This document shows positions 38,039-47,642 of a DNA stretch of 64,000 nucleotides, piece after piece. Below the pieces are notes generated by a model. The model was given only the letters and a program-made list of their open reading frames with translations, was not told the DNA's origin and searched no databases. The position numbers and the translations under genes are program-made. Position 1 is the first letter of the stretch. Each line of letters starts with the position of its first letter. Source of the stretch: Micrococcales bacterium (lineage in GTDB: Bacteria; Actinomycetota; Actinomycetes; Actinomycetales; WQXJ01); NCBI GenBank assembly GCA_009784895.1, contig WQXJ01000001.1:12479-76478 (forward strand). The letters run 5' to 3'.

Positions 38039-38329
38039 CTAGTCTTCGTTTTCCTCCTCGTCGAAGTCGAAGTCTTCGTCGTCTTCGTCTTCGTCGTGAC
38101 CGGCCTCGTCGCCACCGTCTTCATCATCTTCGTCGTATACCAAGAAGGGGGTGTCGATTCCGTGGGCCTCGTAGAGCGCTTCGTCGTAGGTCTCGAACGC
38201 ATCAATCAGGGTCTGATAGGCACTGACAAAGGAGGGATCGTCTTCACCTCGGCCACTGGCGGCGGCCGCAAAGTGCTGGTCCAGAGCGGCGATCAGTCGG
38301 TCCAAGGCGGCGCGCGGTTCGACGTTCAT
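38039..38329 (-). CDS. small conserved hypothetical protein with an extremely acidic C-terminal tail
   Basis: MNVEPRAALDRLIAALDQHF.. ending in YDEDDEDGGDEAGHDEDEDDEDFDFDEEENED. Confidence 0.6.
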   Translation of the reverse strand: MNVEPRAALDRLIAALDQHFAAAASGRGEDDPSFVSAYQTLIDAFETYDEALYEAHGIDTPFLVYDEDDEDGGDEAGHDEDEDDEDFDFDEEENED

Positions 38330-38383
38330 GCCATGACGCTACCGCGCCGGGGCCGCTAGAGCCAGAGGTCTAGAGCATCAGTA

Positions 38384-39703
38384 TCAGCACTGCGCCAGGA
38401 AATCGGCTAGCACTTCAGCGCCAAAAGCCAGGGCCTCAACTGGCACACGCTCGTCGACTCCGTGGAACATGGCTGTGAAGTCGAACCCGTCCGGCAGGCG
38501 CAGGGGTGCGAAACCGTAACAGGCTAGTGAAAGGCGGCTGAGAGCTTTGGCGTCAGTTCCGGCTGGCAGCATATATGGCACGATGCCGGCGCTTGGGTCG
38601 GCCCTTTTCAGCGCCGCTTTCATGGCGCTAACCAACGGTCGGTCCAGGGGGGCTTGGACGGCCACGTCGTCGTTGATGGTTTCGACCTTGACCTGCGGCC
38701 CGGCCAGGTCGGTGACGGTTTCGAAGACTAGGTCACGCTGGCCGGGCAGGGGCCTAATGTCGATCATGGCTTGGGCCCGGCCCGGCACCACATTGACCTT
38801 GGACCCAGCGTCAAGCCCAGTGAGGTTGCAGCTGGTGCTAAGCGAAGGTGCCACCCAGCGTCCGGCCGGGCCAAAGGCGGCAATGATCTGGTCAATGGCG
38901 GCTGGGTCGTCCGGTTCAAACCTCAAGCCGGTCAACTCAGATGCACCTTCGAGCAGGGCTGTCATTGTCGGTGTCAACTCTCTTGGCCAGGATACTTGGG
39001 CGATCCGGGACAGGGCATCGACCAGGTGGTTGACAGCGTTGTCGGGGTTTTGGGCAGAACCGTGGCCGGCCGTGCCCTTCGCCACCAGCCGTAGCCAGGC
39101 AATGCCCTTTTCGGCCGTCTGGATCAGGTAGGTCCGCCGCCCGGCCAAGCTGGTCGAAAAGCCGCCCACCTCGCCGACGGCCTCGTTGGCACCTTCGAAA
39201 AACTCCCTTTGGTGGTCAACTAGCCAATGGGCGCCCAGTTTGCCGCCGGATTCCTCATCGGCAAAGAAGCACAACAAGATATCCCGCGGCGGCTTGGTGC
39301 CGGTTAAGGCCCACTGCTTGACCACGGCCAACATCATGGCGTCGACGTTTTTCATGTCGACCGCGCCGCGGCCCCAGAGTATTCCGTCAATGACCTCGGC
39401 TCCGAAGGGGTCGACCTGCCACTCCTGGGCAATTGCCGGCACCACGTCAAGGTGGCCGTGCCAAACCAAGGCCGGCCTACTTCCCTGGCTACCCTCGATC
39501 CGCAGTAGAACCGAAGCCCGTTTCGGTCTTGATTCAACTAGATGCGGTTCATAACCCAAGTCCTGGAGCAAACCAAGGACGTATTCGGCCGCCAGGCGCT
39601 CCCCGACTGAGCCGTCATCGCCGGTATTGGTGGTGTCAATCCGAATCAGGTCGCGGCAGATCGACAGCGTCTGGGCAGCCAAGTCGGTCGAATCGGATTC
39701 CAC
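38384..39703 (-). CDS. M20/M25/M40 family metallo-hydrolase
   Basis: LVWHGHLDVVP, GRGAVDMK, FFADEESGG and the dimerisation-domain layout. Confidence 0.85.
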   Translation of the reverse strand: MESDSTDLAAQTLSICRDLIRIDTTNTGDDGSVGERLAAEYVLGLLQDLGYEPHLVESRPKRASVLLRIEGSQGSRPALVWHGHLDVVPAIAQEWQVDPFGAEVIDGILWGRGAVDMKNVDAMMLAVVKQWALTGTKPPRDILLCFFADEESGGKLGAHWLVDHQREFFEGANEAVGEVGGFSTSLAGRRTYLIQTAEKGIAWLRLVAKGTAGHGSAQNPDNAVNHLVDALSRIAQVSWPRELTPTMTALLEGASELTGLRFEPDDPAAIDQIIAAFGPAGRWVAPSLSTSCNLTGLDAGSKVNVVPGRAQAMIDIRPLPGQRDLVFETVTDLAGPQVKVETINDDVAVQAPLDRPLVSAMKAALKRADPSAGIVPYMLPAGTDAKALSRLSLACYGFAPLRLPDGFDFTAMFHGVDERVPVEALAFGAEVLADFLAQC

Positions 39704-39930
39704 TTGGCCACCCTACCGGCTGGCCAATCGCCACCAGCCGGTACCACTCGGCACGGCCCCGAACCGTCTGACCGCAGCGCCCGGCATCGGCCCCAATCAA
39801 GGCGCTGCCTGCGCGCCGCCCACCTCAGGCCCTTGGCCGCCCAGAGGGGTCAGGCGCGCCGCGATGACCACCGCCCTCGGTGTTAGGCTGGGGCGTCTGG
39901 CCGCGCCGAATAATGCCGTTGGGAGAGTAG

Positions 39931-41205
39931 TTGCGCACCTCAGGAGCCCTGCTCAGAATCGCAATGGCCCTTGGTGGCTTGATACCGGGCCTGGCGCTGG
40001 CTGTGGGCCCTTGGCAGGTGCCGCCACTGCTGGCACTAGCTGCTTTTGGGCTGGCTGTTTGGTGCGCTGCGACCATGCTTGGCTGGGCGGTCGAAGTAGC
40101 TGAATTGGACATTGCCGGAGCACTGGCTTTGGCCCTGGTGGCGATCGTGGCCCTACTGCCGGAATATGTTGTCGATGTGTTACTGGCTTACAAAGCTGGT
40201 GCTGACCCTTCGCGCATACCCGAGGCCTCGGCCAATATGAACGGCGCCACCAGGCTGGTGATTGGACTGGGCCTGCCTCTAGTGGTGCTGCTCGGTCTCA
40301 GGCGGCAACGTCGCCGGGCCCAAAGCCCTCAGGCCAGCGGGTTATCGCCGCTTCAGGCCAAGCCGCCACGTTTCGCCAGCCTGGAGATCCCGGCGGAGCA
40401 GCGCTCGATTCAGGCCTTCGCGGTTTTGGCCAGCTTGGTTGCCATGCTGGGCGTGGCGACCGGGCGGATCCACATCATTCTGGGCCTGGTGCTGATCCTG
40501 GTATTTGCCTTTTTCTTGTGGCATGCCAGCCAAGGTGAGGTTGAAGAACCTGAGCTGGTCGGGGTGGCGGAAGTGATTGGCGCCCTGGCCAAGCGACGGC
40601 GCTGGACCGTCATCACGGCCATGTTTGTGCTGGCCGCCGTGACGATTTTGCTGGTGGCCGACCCGTTTGTCGAATCGTTGCGCAGTGTTGGTGAGCAATT
40701 CGGTTTGCCCAACTACTTGTTGATCCAGTGGCTGGCTCCGTTGGCCAGCGAGGCGCCTGAGTTCATTATCGCCTTGACGCTGGCGGCCCATGGACGCACG
40801 GCGGCAGCGGTCGCCATGTTGACCACGGCTGTTGTCAACCAGTGGTCGGCCTTAGTTGGCTCATTGCCAATCGCCTTCAAGTTGGGTGGCGGCGGTTGGG
40901 CTTTGCCCTTGACCATGGAATCCGGTCGCCAGATGCAGGAGTTCGCCCTGACAGCATCGCTGACCTTGTTGGTAATCGCCTTTCTGGTCTCGCTACGCAT
41001 CCCAAGTTGGGCTTGCTGGTACATCCTGGCTTCGTTTGTGGCCGAGTTCGCCTTGCCGGATCGACATGCCCGGCTGACCGTGGCGGCGGTCAATGGCGCG
41101 GTCGCCCTGGTCATGTTGGTGATCCACGCCCGCCACTTGCCGCAGCTTGTGACCGAGCCACTTCGGGTCTTCCGGAGCCGCCGCAAGGCTGTCAGCGCCA
41201 GCTAG
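39931..41205 (+). CDS. multi-TM cation antiporter-like membrane protein (CaCA-like); start uncertain
   Basis: About 10 hydrophobic segments. LASEAPEFIIAL resembles the alpha-repeat of Ca2+/cation antiporters. Confidence 0.5.
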   Translation: MRTSGALLRIAMALGGLIPGLALAVGPWQVPPLLALAAFGLAVWCAATMLGWAVEVAELDIAGALALALVAIVALLPEYVVDVLLAYKAGADPSRIPEASANMNGATRLVIGLGLPLVVLLGLRRQRRRAQSPQASGLSPLQAKPPRFASLEIPAEQRSIQAFAVLASLVAMLGVATGRIHIILGLVLILVFAFFLWHASQGEVEEPELVGVAEVIGALAKRRRWTVITAMFVLAAVTILLVADPFVESLRSVGEQFGLPNYLLIQWLAPLASEAPEFIIALTLAAHGRTAAAVAMLTTAVVNQWSALVGSLPIAFKLGGGGWALPLTMESGRQMQEFALTASLTLLVIAFLVSLRIPSWACWYILASFVAEFALPDRHARLTVAAVNGAVALVMLVIHARHLPQLVTEPLRVFRSRRKAVSAS

Positions 41206-41269
41206 CGCCCTGCTTCCAGACCGTTCCAGCTGGCTTTGGCGGCGGATCCTACACCTGGGCGGGTACCGA

Positions 41270-41881
41270 TCAGAGCCAGGGGCGCACCAAGTTGTGCTGC
41301 TCCCACAGGTCCGGCATCGACTCGAGGTCAGAAGCCAGGAGCGTGCCAATCCAAATGTCAACGCCCTCGCCCCGGCTAATGCAGTGTGACCGAATTGTGC
41401 CCTCGACTGTGAAGCCGCAACGCACAGCCAGCACCCTGGACGGCCAGTTGCCAACCATGGCTTGCCACAGAACCCGTCGCATGCCAAGACCGTCCGGCTC
41501 GGGTTCAAGCGCGTGGGCCACAACCACTTGGACTGCCGCAGTGCAGATTCCTTGGCCCCTAAACTCCGGCGCTATCAAGTAACCAATCTCGACCGAGCTG
41601 GGGCCGTCTGGTTTTAGCCCAACGCTACCGGCCAGAACCGGCCGACCGCTTTCGTCCGGCACCCGGATACCCCAAACCCGCACAGAGGTCATCGGGTTGT
41701 CCCAGCCTTTAGCGCAGGTGTCGACTGTGAACCTGGCGGCGTCCTCCAGCCGGTAGGGTACTGGCACTTCGGTCCAGCGCTGGATTTCGGGATCCTGGCA
41801 GTATTCGTAAACCCGGTCGGCATCCGCAGGGATGATTGGCGTCAACTCGCACAACCGGGCCGAAAGGCCGTATGGGTTCAC
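41270..41881 (-). CDS. GNAT family N-acetyltransferase (RimJ/RimL-like)
   Basis: IGYLIAPEFRGQGICTAAV..LGMRRVLWQAMVGNWPSRVLAVRCGFTVEG. Confidence 0.8.
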   Translation of the reverse strand: MNPYGLSARLCELTPIIPADADRVYEYCQDPEIQRWTEVPVPYRLEDAARFTVDTCAKGWDNPMTSVRVWGIRVPDESGRPVLAGSVGLKPDGPSSVEIGYLIAPEFRGQGICTAAVQVVVAHALEPEPDGLGMRRVLWQAMVGNWPSRVLAVRCGFTVEGTIRSHCISRGEGVDIWIGTLLASDLESMPDLWEQHNLVRPWL

Positions 41882-41903
41882 GCCTCAAGCCTAAATCACC
41901 AGG

Positions 41904-43337
41904 TCACATTGCGCGGCGCAACGCGCCGGGCGAAATGACTGAGGCCCCGGCGGCCGTGACCTGTGCGATTAGGGCCTTATCGGCAGTGGCCACGACCACC
42001 GGACCGGCGGAATTGGTCGCGTCAGCCAGGGCCAGTTCGGTTTGGCGGACAATTTCCGCGTCGCCTTCGCCTGGGGCGTCGACCACTCTCAGGCCCGGCA
42101 GTTGACCGGCGCCACGGGCCTGGCCTTCGAGTACCAGTACAATCCTGGGCCACCAACCGGCCGGCGCTGTTAACCCCAAAGGTTGCTCCGCCGGCGGCAA
42201 GATGGCTCGATTAGGTGAGAAAGCGGCATCGGACTGCGGCAAACTGGCCGCCGCCAAACCGCGCTGCGCCATCACCGCCAGTTCGTCACGCAGCCTGACT
42301 GCCGCGCCGGCGCGGTCTTTCCACCAGCCATCGGGCTTGGAGCCAACCAGGTTGGCGCCGTCCACAATCAAGCAGGCGCTGGCCCCCAATAGCGGCTGCA
42401 AAGACGGCCAGGCCTGGTCGAAACCGGGGTGAAGCTGGTGGGATGCCAGCTCAGCGGCCTCAAACCAGCGGACCTCGGAGGTCTCCCAGTTACCCGCCTG
42501 GGACTCGAACCGGTTGGAGGCTCGGGCCACCACCGTGGTGTAGGACCAGCCATCATGCTGGGCGATCGACCACGATTCGGCTTGGACCTGGTTTAGGTCG
42601 AACGTGATCTCCTCTCCAGCTTCGCGAAGCGCGGCGGCCAGGGGTTTTTCGCCCTGCTGGCGGGCACCGCCTGGAAGTCCCCAGGTCGAACCGTGATGCG
42701 AGGCCGGCGACCTGAGCTGAAGTAGGACTGAGCCGTCGAAATGGATCAGCAGACCGGCAGCGCCGAATTGGCCCCAGTGGTAGTTGTCGCAATCGGCGCA
42801 AAAGTGCCAGCCGTCGGCCGGGTCGACCGTAACCTGGTTCGACTTGGCTCTGGAAATGAGGTGATTGACCCGGCGCATGACCCCTGGCATGGCTGCTTCG
42901 ATCTGGTCCAGGGCGGCTTCGAAATCATCAGGCCCGCCGTACCAAGGGTCGTCAATGTCGATGGCGGCGCTAGGCACTTGGCCCGGCAGCGACCGGTCAA
43001 ATTGGCGCAGCATGCGCAGACGCGACGGGTCGGCCCCGCGGCGCAGCAGGGCTTGATAATGGTGGTAGGTCATGGCCAAAATAACGTCTGTGGTGGCCAG
43101 TTCGCTGTCGGTGATCCGGTGGGCCTGATGGCCCGCGGGAAGGCTGTAGCCCCTGGCGGCCAAGGCGCGTTTCGCCCTGGGGTCGATTGGGTTGCCGTGT
43201 TCTTCACTGGAGATACCCGACGAGGCCACTGCCACTTGTTCCAAAAGCCCCTGGCGCTCCAGGTTGGCTTGGATGACTACCTCGGCCATAGGCGAACGGC
43301 AAATGTTGCCTGTGCATACCGCCTGTAGCTGGATCAC
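41904..43337 (-). CDS. three-domain fusion: LMW phosphotyrosine phosphatase, Nudix hydrolase, NYN/YacP-like domain
   Basis: VCTGNICRSPMAE with DDPWYG (LMW-PTP). GGARQQGEKPLAAALREAGEEI (Nudix box). CLIVDGANLVGSKPDGWWKDRAGAA (NYN/YacP-like, from memory). Confidence 0.8.
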   Translation of the reverse strand: MIQLQAVCTGNICRSPMAEVVIQANLERQGLLEQVAVASSGISSEEHGNPIDPRAKRALAARGYSLPAGHQAHRITDSELATTDVILAMTYHHYQALLRRGADPSRLRMLRQFDRSLPGQVPSAAIDIDDPWYGGPDDFEAALDQIEAAMPGVMRRVNHLISRAKSNQVTVDPADGWHFCADCDNYHWGQFGAAGLLIHFDGSVLLQLRSPASHHGSTWGLPGGARQQGEKPLAAALREAGEEITFDLNQVQAESWSIAQHDGWSYTTVVARASNRFESQAGNWETSEVRWFEAAELASHQLHPGFDQAWPSLQPLLGASACLIVDGANLVGSKPDGWWKDRAGAAVRLRDELAVMAQRGLAAASLPQSDAAFSPNRAILPPAEQPLGLTAPAGWWPRIVLVLEGQARGAGQLPGLRVVDAPGEGDAEIVRQTELALADATNSAGPVVVATADKALIAQVTAAGASVISPGALRRAM

Positions 43338-43366
43338 CGAATCATTCTTCCACGTGACCTGGGCCC

Positions 43367-44170
43367 CTATCCGGCCAGTTCGGCTTCGCGCTTGACCGTG
43401 GCGGCCACCGCCGCCACTACCGCCGCGGAAAAGCCACGCTCCTCTAACTCGGTCAAACCGGCCACCGTAGTGCCGCCGGGTGAGGAGACCTGGTCAATCA
43501 GCGCCCAGGGGTGAAGTTGGCTGGCGCTGAGCAGTTTGGCTGAGCCGAGCACGGCTTGGGTGGCGACCTCAAGGGCCTGGGCCTTGGACATGCCGGCCGC
43601 CAGGGCACCTCGCGCCAGGGCCTCAACCATGAGGAAAACCCAAGCTGGTGACGACCCGGCCACGGCGGTGAAAGCGCCGAAAAGGCGTTCTTCGATTTGG
43701 ACTGCTTGGCCCATGCCGGCGAACAGCTCAAGTGTGTCCCTGACCTGAGCTGGGTTTACGGCGGCATTAGGCGCCACCGCGGTCATACCGGCGCCCACCT
43801 TGACGTTTAGGTTTGGCATGGCCCTGATGATCGGGACCTTTGGGCTAAGCCAACTCTCCAGCCTGGCCAGCTTGACTCCGGCGGCAATTGAAACGACCAA
43901 GCGGCGCCGGGCCACGATTTGGGTCGCCATTTCGCGCAAGACCTGGTCCATGAAGGCCGGTTTGACCGCCAAGATAACCGTTGGGCTGGCCTCGGCCACT
44001 TCTTGGTTTCCGGCCATGGCCTCAATACCTGTGCTTGAGGCGACTTGCTGCAGGCGACCCTCGTCAAGGTCATAAGCGCAGATTTCGCTGGGCAGGGCAT
44101 AACCGTCGTTGACCAGGGCGCCGATGATGGCCCCAGCCATGGCGCCGGTTCCAATGAATCCGTATCGCAT
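43367..44170 (-). CDS. proC: pyrroline-5-carboxylate reductase
   Basis: MRYGFIGTGAMAGAII and SSPGGTTVAGL. Confidence 0.9.
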   Translation of the reverse strand: MRYGFIGTGAMAGAIIGALVNDGYALPSEICAYDLDEGRLQQVASSTGIEAMAGNQEVAEASPTVILAVKPAFMDQVLREMATQIVARRRLVVSIAAGVKLARLESWLSPKVPIIRAMPNLNVKVGAGMTAVAPNAAVNPAQVRDTLELFAGMGQAVQIEERLFGAFTAVAGSSPAWVFLMVEALARGALAAGMSKAQALEVATQAVLGSAKLLSASQLHPWALIDQVSSPGGTTVAGLTELEERGFSAAVVAAVAATVKREAELAG

Positions 44171-44200
44171 GGCGCCAACTCTACGTTGTGGTGCAATGGT

Positions 44201-44581
44201 GTGGTGGAAAAGGTCAGGCTCGATTCGTGGATGTGGTCGGTGCGGTTGTTTCCGTCCCGCTCGGCTTCAGCTGCGGCTTGCAAAGCCGGTCACGTCCGGG
44301 TCAATGGTGAACGGGCCAAACCGGCTACCGGCGTGGGCTTGGGTGACCAGGTTCATGTTCGCGGTGGGCGGCGCGAGCGGATCGTGGTGGCAAGGCAGTT
44401 ACTGGTGAAACGGGTCGGTGCGGCTCTGGCGGTCGAGGCCTACGATGACCACTCTCCCCCGCCGCCTGGGCGCTCCAGCCGGGAAGGCGCTACCTTCGCC
44501 GTGCGCCAACCCGGCAGCGGCCGGCCCACCAAGGCCCAGCGCCGCCAGCTCGACAAGCTGCGCGGCCGTTCGTCCAATTGA
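44201..44581 (+). CDS. S4-domain RNA-binding protein (Hsp15-like)
   Basis: GTG at 44201 gives VVEKVRLDSWMWSVRLFPSRSASAAACKAGHVRVNGERAK. The track start at 44045 overlaps proC. Confidence 0.75.
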   Translation: MVEKVRLDSWMWSVRLFPSRSASAAACKAGHVRVNGERAKPATGVGLGDQVHVRGGRRERIVVARQLLVKRVGAALAVEAYDDHSPPPPGRSSREGATFAVRQPGSGRPTKAQRRQLDKLRGRSSN

Positions 44582-44617
44582 TCCCCAACTCCACCATGTT
44601 TCGCCTGATCAGAGCGG

Positions 44618-44703
44618 TGTCCGAGGGGGGACTTGAACCCCCATGCCCCGTTTAGGGCACTAGCACCTCAAGCTAGCGCGTCTGCCAATTCCGCCACTCG
44701 GAC
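44618..44703 (-). tRNA. tRNA-Leu (GAG), long variable arm
   Basis: Minus strand reads GTCCGAG-TG-GCGGAATTGGCAGACGC-G-CTAGC-TTGAGGT-GCTAG-TGCCCTAAACGGGGCAT-GGGGG-TTCAAGT-CCCCC-CTCGGAC-A. Confidence 0.9.
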
Positions 44704-44712
44704 TGACCTGCG

Positions 44713-45876
44713 GTGAGCCAGGACAACATACCACGGCGCGCCGCGCCTCCACCCCCGCCGGCGCTGGGGCAAACTGGCTGCGTGACAACTGCGCCACCCA
44801 GCTCTGATGTGCCTAGGGGGCTGCGGCTTTCGGCTGGTTACGCCTGGCGCCTGTTGGTCATCGCGGCGGCCGTCGGCGTGGTGGTTTACGCCGTCTCTAT
44901 GGTCCAGCTTGTGGCGGTGTCGATGTTCTTGGCAGCCGTCATCACCGCCGCCTTGCGGCCCCTGGCCGACCTGCTAGACCGCATCATGCCCAGAGCCTTG
45001 GCCACTGTGCTGGCCTATGTCATCGCCCTGGCCGGCTTAGGTGGGATCGGCATTTTCATTACTATGTCCGTTTCGAACCAATTCCAGCAGTTGTGGAACG
45101 AGCTGCTGTCTGGCCTAGGCGAAATTGATGCCTGGATCCAGCGCCTGCCCTGGCGGGCTGAGGGGTTCGATCTGGCTCAGCTTGGCCAGTCGCTCCAAGA
45201 CTGGGTCGAAAACAACCAGGGCACCATTGTCAGCGCTGTGGTGACCAGGGCCGGAATGGCGGCTGAGATCCTCACCGGTGTGGTCTTGGCGCTGTTTTGT
45301 TCGGTTTTCTTTGTCAACTCTGGGCGCTCGATGTGGCAGTGGTTCCTGGACCAAATACCCAAGTCGGCTCGCGGCCGCTGGCATGCGGGCGGCTCGGCTG
45401 CCTGGCACACCTTTTCCGGCTATGTTCGCGGCATCAGCCTGGTGGCCGCCACCAACGGCCTGTTCTGCGGCATCGCCCTGTCGATTATGGGTATCCCATT
45501 GGCCGCACCAATTGGTCTACTGGTGACTATGGGCACTTTTCTACCCTATGTTGGCTCGGCCATTGCCTTGTCGACGGCCGTCATCGTGGCCTTTGCGGCC
45601 AAGGGGCCTTGGTGGGCCTTGGGCGTGGTGGCGTTGATCGTGGTAATTGGCCAAATTGAGGGCCATTTGCTTCAACCACTGATCATGGCCAAGCAGGTCA
45701 AGCTGCATCCGGTGATGGTGGCAGTGGCGGTCGTGGCCGGCGCCTTGGCTGCCGGCTTGCTTGGTGCCGTCGTGGCCGTGCCACTAGTGGCCGTGGCCTG
45801 GTCGGTTTTCGACCGGCTGCGGGCTTTCGATCCTGATCCAGGTGACCTTGAGGTGGATGTCACTGCACCTTCGTAG
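44713..45876 (+). CDS. AI-2E family (PerM/UPF0118) transporter; start probably downstream of 44713
   Basis: Multi-TM protein with GIPLAAPIGLLVTMGTFLPYVGS and GHLLQPLIMAKQVKLHP. Confidence 0.85.
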   Translation: MSQDNIPRRAAPPPPPALGQTGCVTTAPPSSDVPRGLRLSAGYAWRLLVIAAAVGVVVYAVSMVQLVAVSMFLAAVITAALRPLADLLDRIMPRALATVLAYVIALAGLGGIGIFITMSVSNQFQQLWNELLSGLGEIDAWIQRLPWRAEGFDLAQLGQSLQDWVENNQGTIVSAVVTRAGMAAEILTGVVLALFCSVFFVNSGRSMWQWFLDQIPKSARGRWHAGGSAAWHTFSGYVRGISLVAATNGLFCGIALSIMGIPLAAPIGLLVTMGTFLPYVGSAIALSTAVIVAFAAKGPWWALGVVALIVVIGQIEGHLLQPLIMAKQVKLHPVMVAVAVVAGALAAGLLGAVVAVPLVAVAWSVFDRLRAFDPDPGDLEVDVTAPS

Positions 45877-45915
45877 ATAGGTCAAATCGGCTTTACCTTC
45901 GAGGCCAAACGGTGC

Positions 45916-46557
45916 TTGGATGGTGGCGTGCGTTTAACTCGGGTCGTGGCCACCACGCTGGTCTCACTGCTGCTGGCCGCTTTGGGCCTGAGCCGAATCC
46001 TGGCCCGGTGGGGCGCCACCGCCGCCGAGCGGGCAGCGGACTACCCCGGCGAGGACCTGTTGAGCCAACCGCGGTGGCGAGCCACCAGGGCCATTTCGAT
46101 CGATGCCCCACCGGAAAAGGTCTGGCCCTGGATAGCCCAGATTGGCCACGGCCGCGGCGGTTTTTTGGGCGGTGAACTGCTCAAAGTCCTGGCCACGAGC
46201 ACAACTCCGCCGGCCAGCGAAATCCTGGAGGAGTTCCAGAACCTGGCCGTGGGTGATGTCATCGACGCCACCGACCAGGTTTATTTCACCGTGGTGCAGG
46301 TTGAACCACCGAACAGTTTGGTTTTCATGTCGGATAGGCGCAACTATGTGGCCCAACCGTGGTCCTCGGTTCACTCCATCAACGTCATGCCTGAGGGTGA
46401 AGGCGGCTCACGGGTGGTGCTGCGCGAGAACGCCGATTGGGCCAGCTGGGTCATAGGTCTGAACATCCAAACTACGGACTTTGTCAAAGGCCTGCTTTTC
46501 CGCAACATTATGAAGGCGCTGAAACAGGCCGCCGAGTCAACCCCTGAGGGTTTCTGA
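45916..46557 (+). CDS. SRPBCC-fold protein with an N-terminal anchor
   Basis: ISIDAPPEKVWPWIAQIG is typical of SRPBCC/polyketide-cyclase-like proteins. Confidence 0.55.
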   Translation: MDGGVRLTRVVATTLVSLLLAALGLSRILARWGATAAERAADYPGEDLLSQPRWRATRAISIDAPPEKVWPWIAQIGHGRGGFLGGELLKVLATSTTPPASEILEEFQNLAVGDVIDATDQVYFTVVQVEPPNSLVFMSDRRNYVAQPWSSVHSINVMPEGEGGSRVVLRENADWASWVIGLNIQTTDFVKGLLFRNIMKALKQAAESTPEGF

Positions 46558-46671
46558 CCTTATCTCTTGGCCCACGTTCATTGGCGGTTAGAAACTGCCT
46601 GCCCCCGCCCTGGCCGGCGCCTAGCCATGGGCTCACCGCCGCCTTTTGGTTTTTTGGCCACCTCAGCGGAC

Positions 46672-47571
46672 TTAGCCGGACCGCCGGCGCCAAGCCCGCC
46701 GGCTAGCGTCTGCCCCCAAGATCACCAGGGCTACCCAGACGGCGGCGAAACCGAGCCACCGCCCCAGCGGCATGGCTTCACCCAGAATGATCACGCCAAC
46801 TAAGAACTGCAGCACTGGGCCCAAGAACTGGATTTGGCCCATCGTGGACAGCGGGATGCGTCTCAGCCCGCCGTTACACAGCAACAGTGGCACCACTGTG
46901 ACCACGCCCAAGCCGACTATGGCCAAGGCGTGCCAAGCGCCAAAACCGAGGAACGACTGACGCCCAGTAACGCCAAACCAGATCAACACGCCCACCGCCA
47001 CGGGGGCGACCACCAAGGTTTCGATCCCCAGTGTGGTCAAAGTGGGTAGCGCCTGACCGACCGTTTTTTCGATGAAGGAGTAGACGGCGAAGGTTAATGC
47101 CACGGTCAGCGCGATCCAAGGCAGGTGACCGGTGGCCCACCAAACCAGGCTCATGCCGATGGCGGCCACACCGACCGCCGTCCACTGCACCACTGCTAAA
47201 CGTTCGCCCAGAAAGGTCACGCCCATGGCCACGGCCAGCAGTGGGCTGATGAAATACCCCAAGGCGGCGTCAATGACCTGACCGGACAAAGTGGCGTAGA
47301 TAAAGGTCAGCCAGTTAATGGTGAGGAGTAGGCCGGCCACGGTCAGCAGGCCGAATTGGCGGCGGTTACGCAGTGCCGCCAGAGCCACACGCCTCTGGCC
47401 GGTCAAACCGACTAGTAGGACACAGACCAGCAGCGACCAGACCACTCGTTGGGCGATTAGCTCCAACGATGAGGTTGGTCGCGCCAGCAGCAAGTAGAGA
47501 GGGAAAAAGCCCCACCAGATATACGAGCCAATGGCCAGCGCCAGGCCGTCTCGGTAGCGGCGGGTCGACAC
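46672..47571 (-). CDS. rarD: EamA-family transporter RarD
   Basis: GSYIWWGFFPLY..LELIAQRVVWSL and ten TM segments. Confidence 0.85.
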   Translation of the reverse strand: MSTRRYRDGLALAIGSYIWWGFFPLYLLLARPTSSLELIAQRVVWSLLVCVLLVGLTGQRRVALAALRNRRQFGLLTVAGLLLTINWLTFIYATLSGQVIDAALGYFISPLLAVAMGVTFLGERLAVVQWTAVGVAAIGMSLVWWATGHLPWIALTVALTFAVYSFIEKTVGQALPTLTTLGIETLVVAPVAVGVLIWFGVTGRQSFLGFGAWHALAIVGLGVVTVVPLLLCNGGLRRIPLSTMGQIQFLGPVLQFLVGVIILGEAMPLGRWLGFAAVWVALVILGADASRRAWRRRSG

Positions 47572-47642
47572 GGATTCATCATAGGTGCCTTGGCCTGTGC
47601 CAGGTGCCCGCCTTCTCGGCTGACCACACCGTTGGCAGGGCC

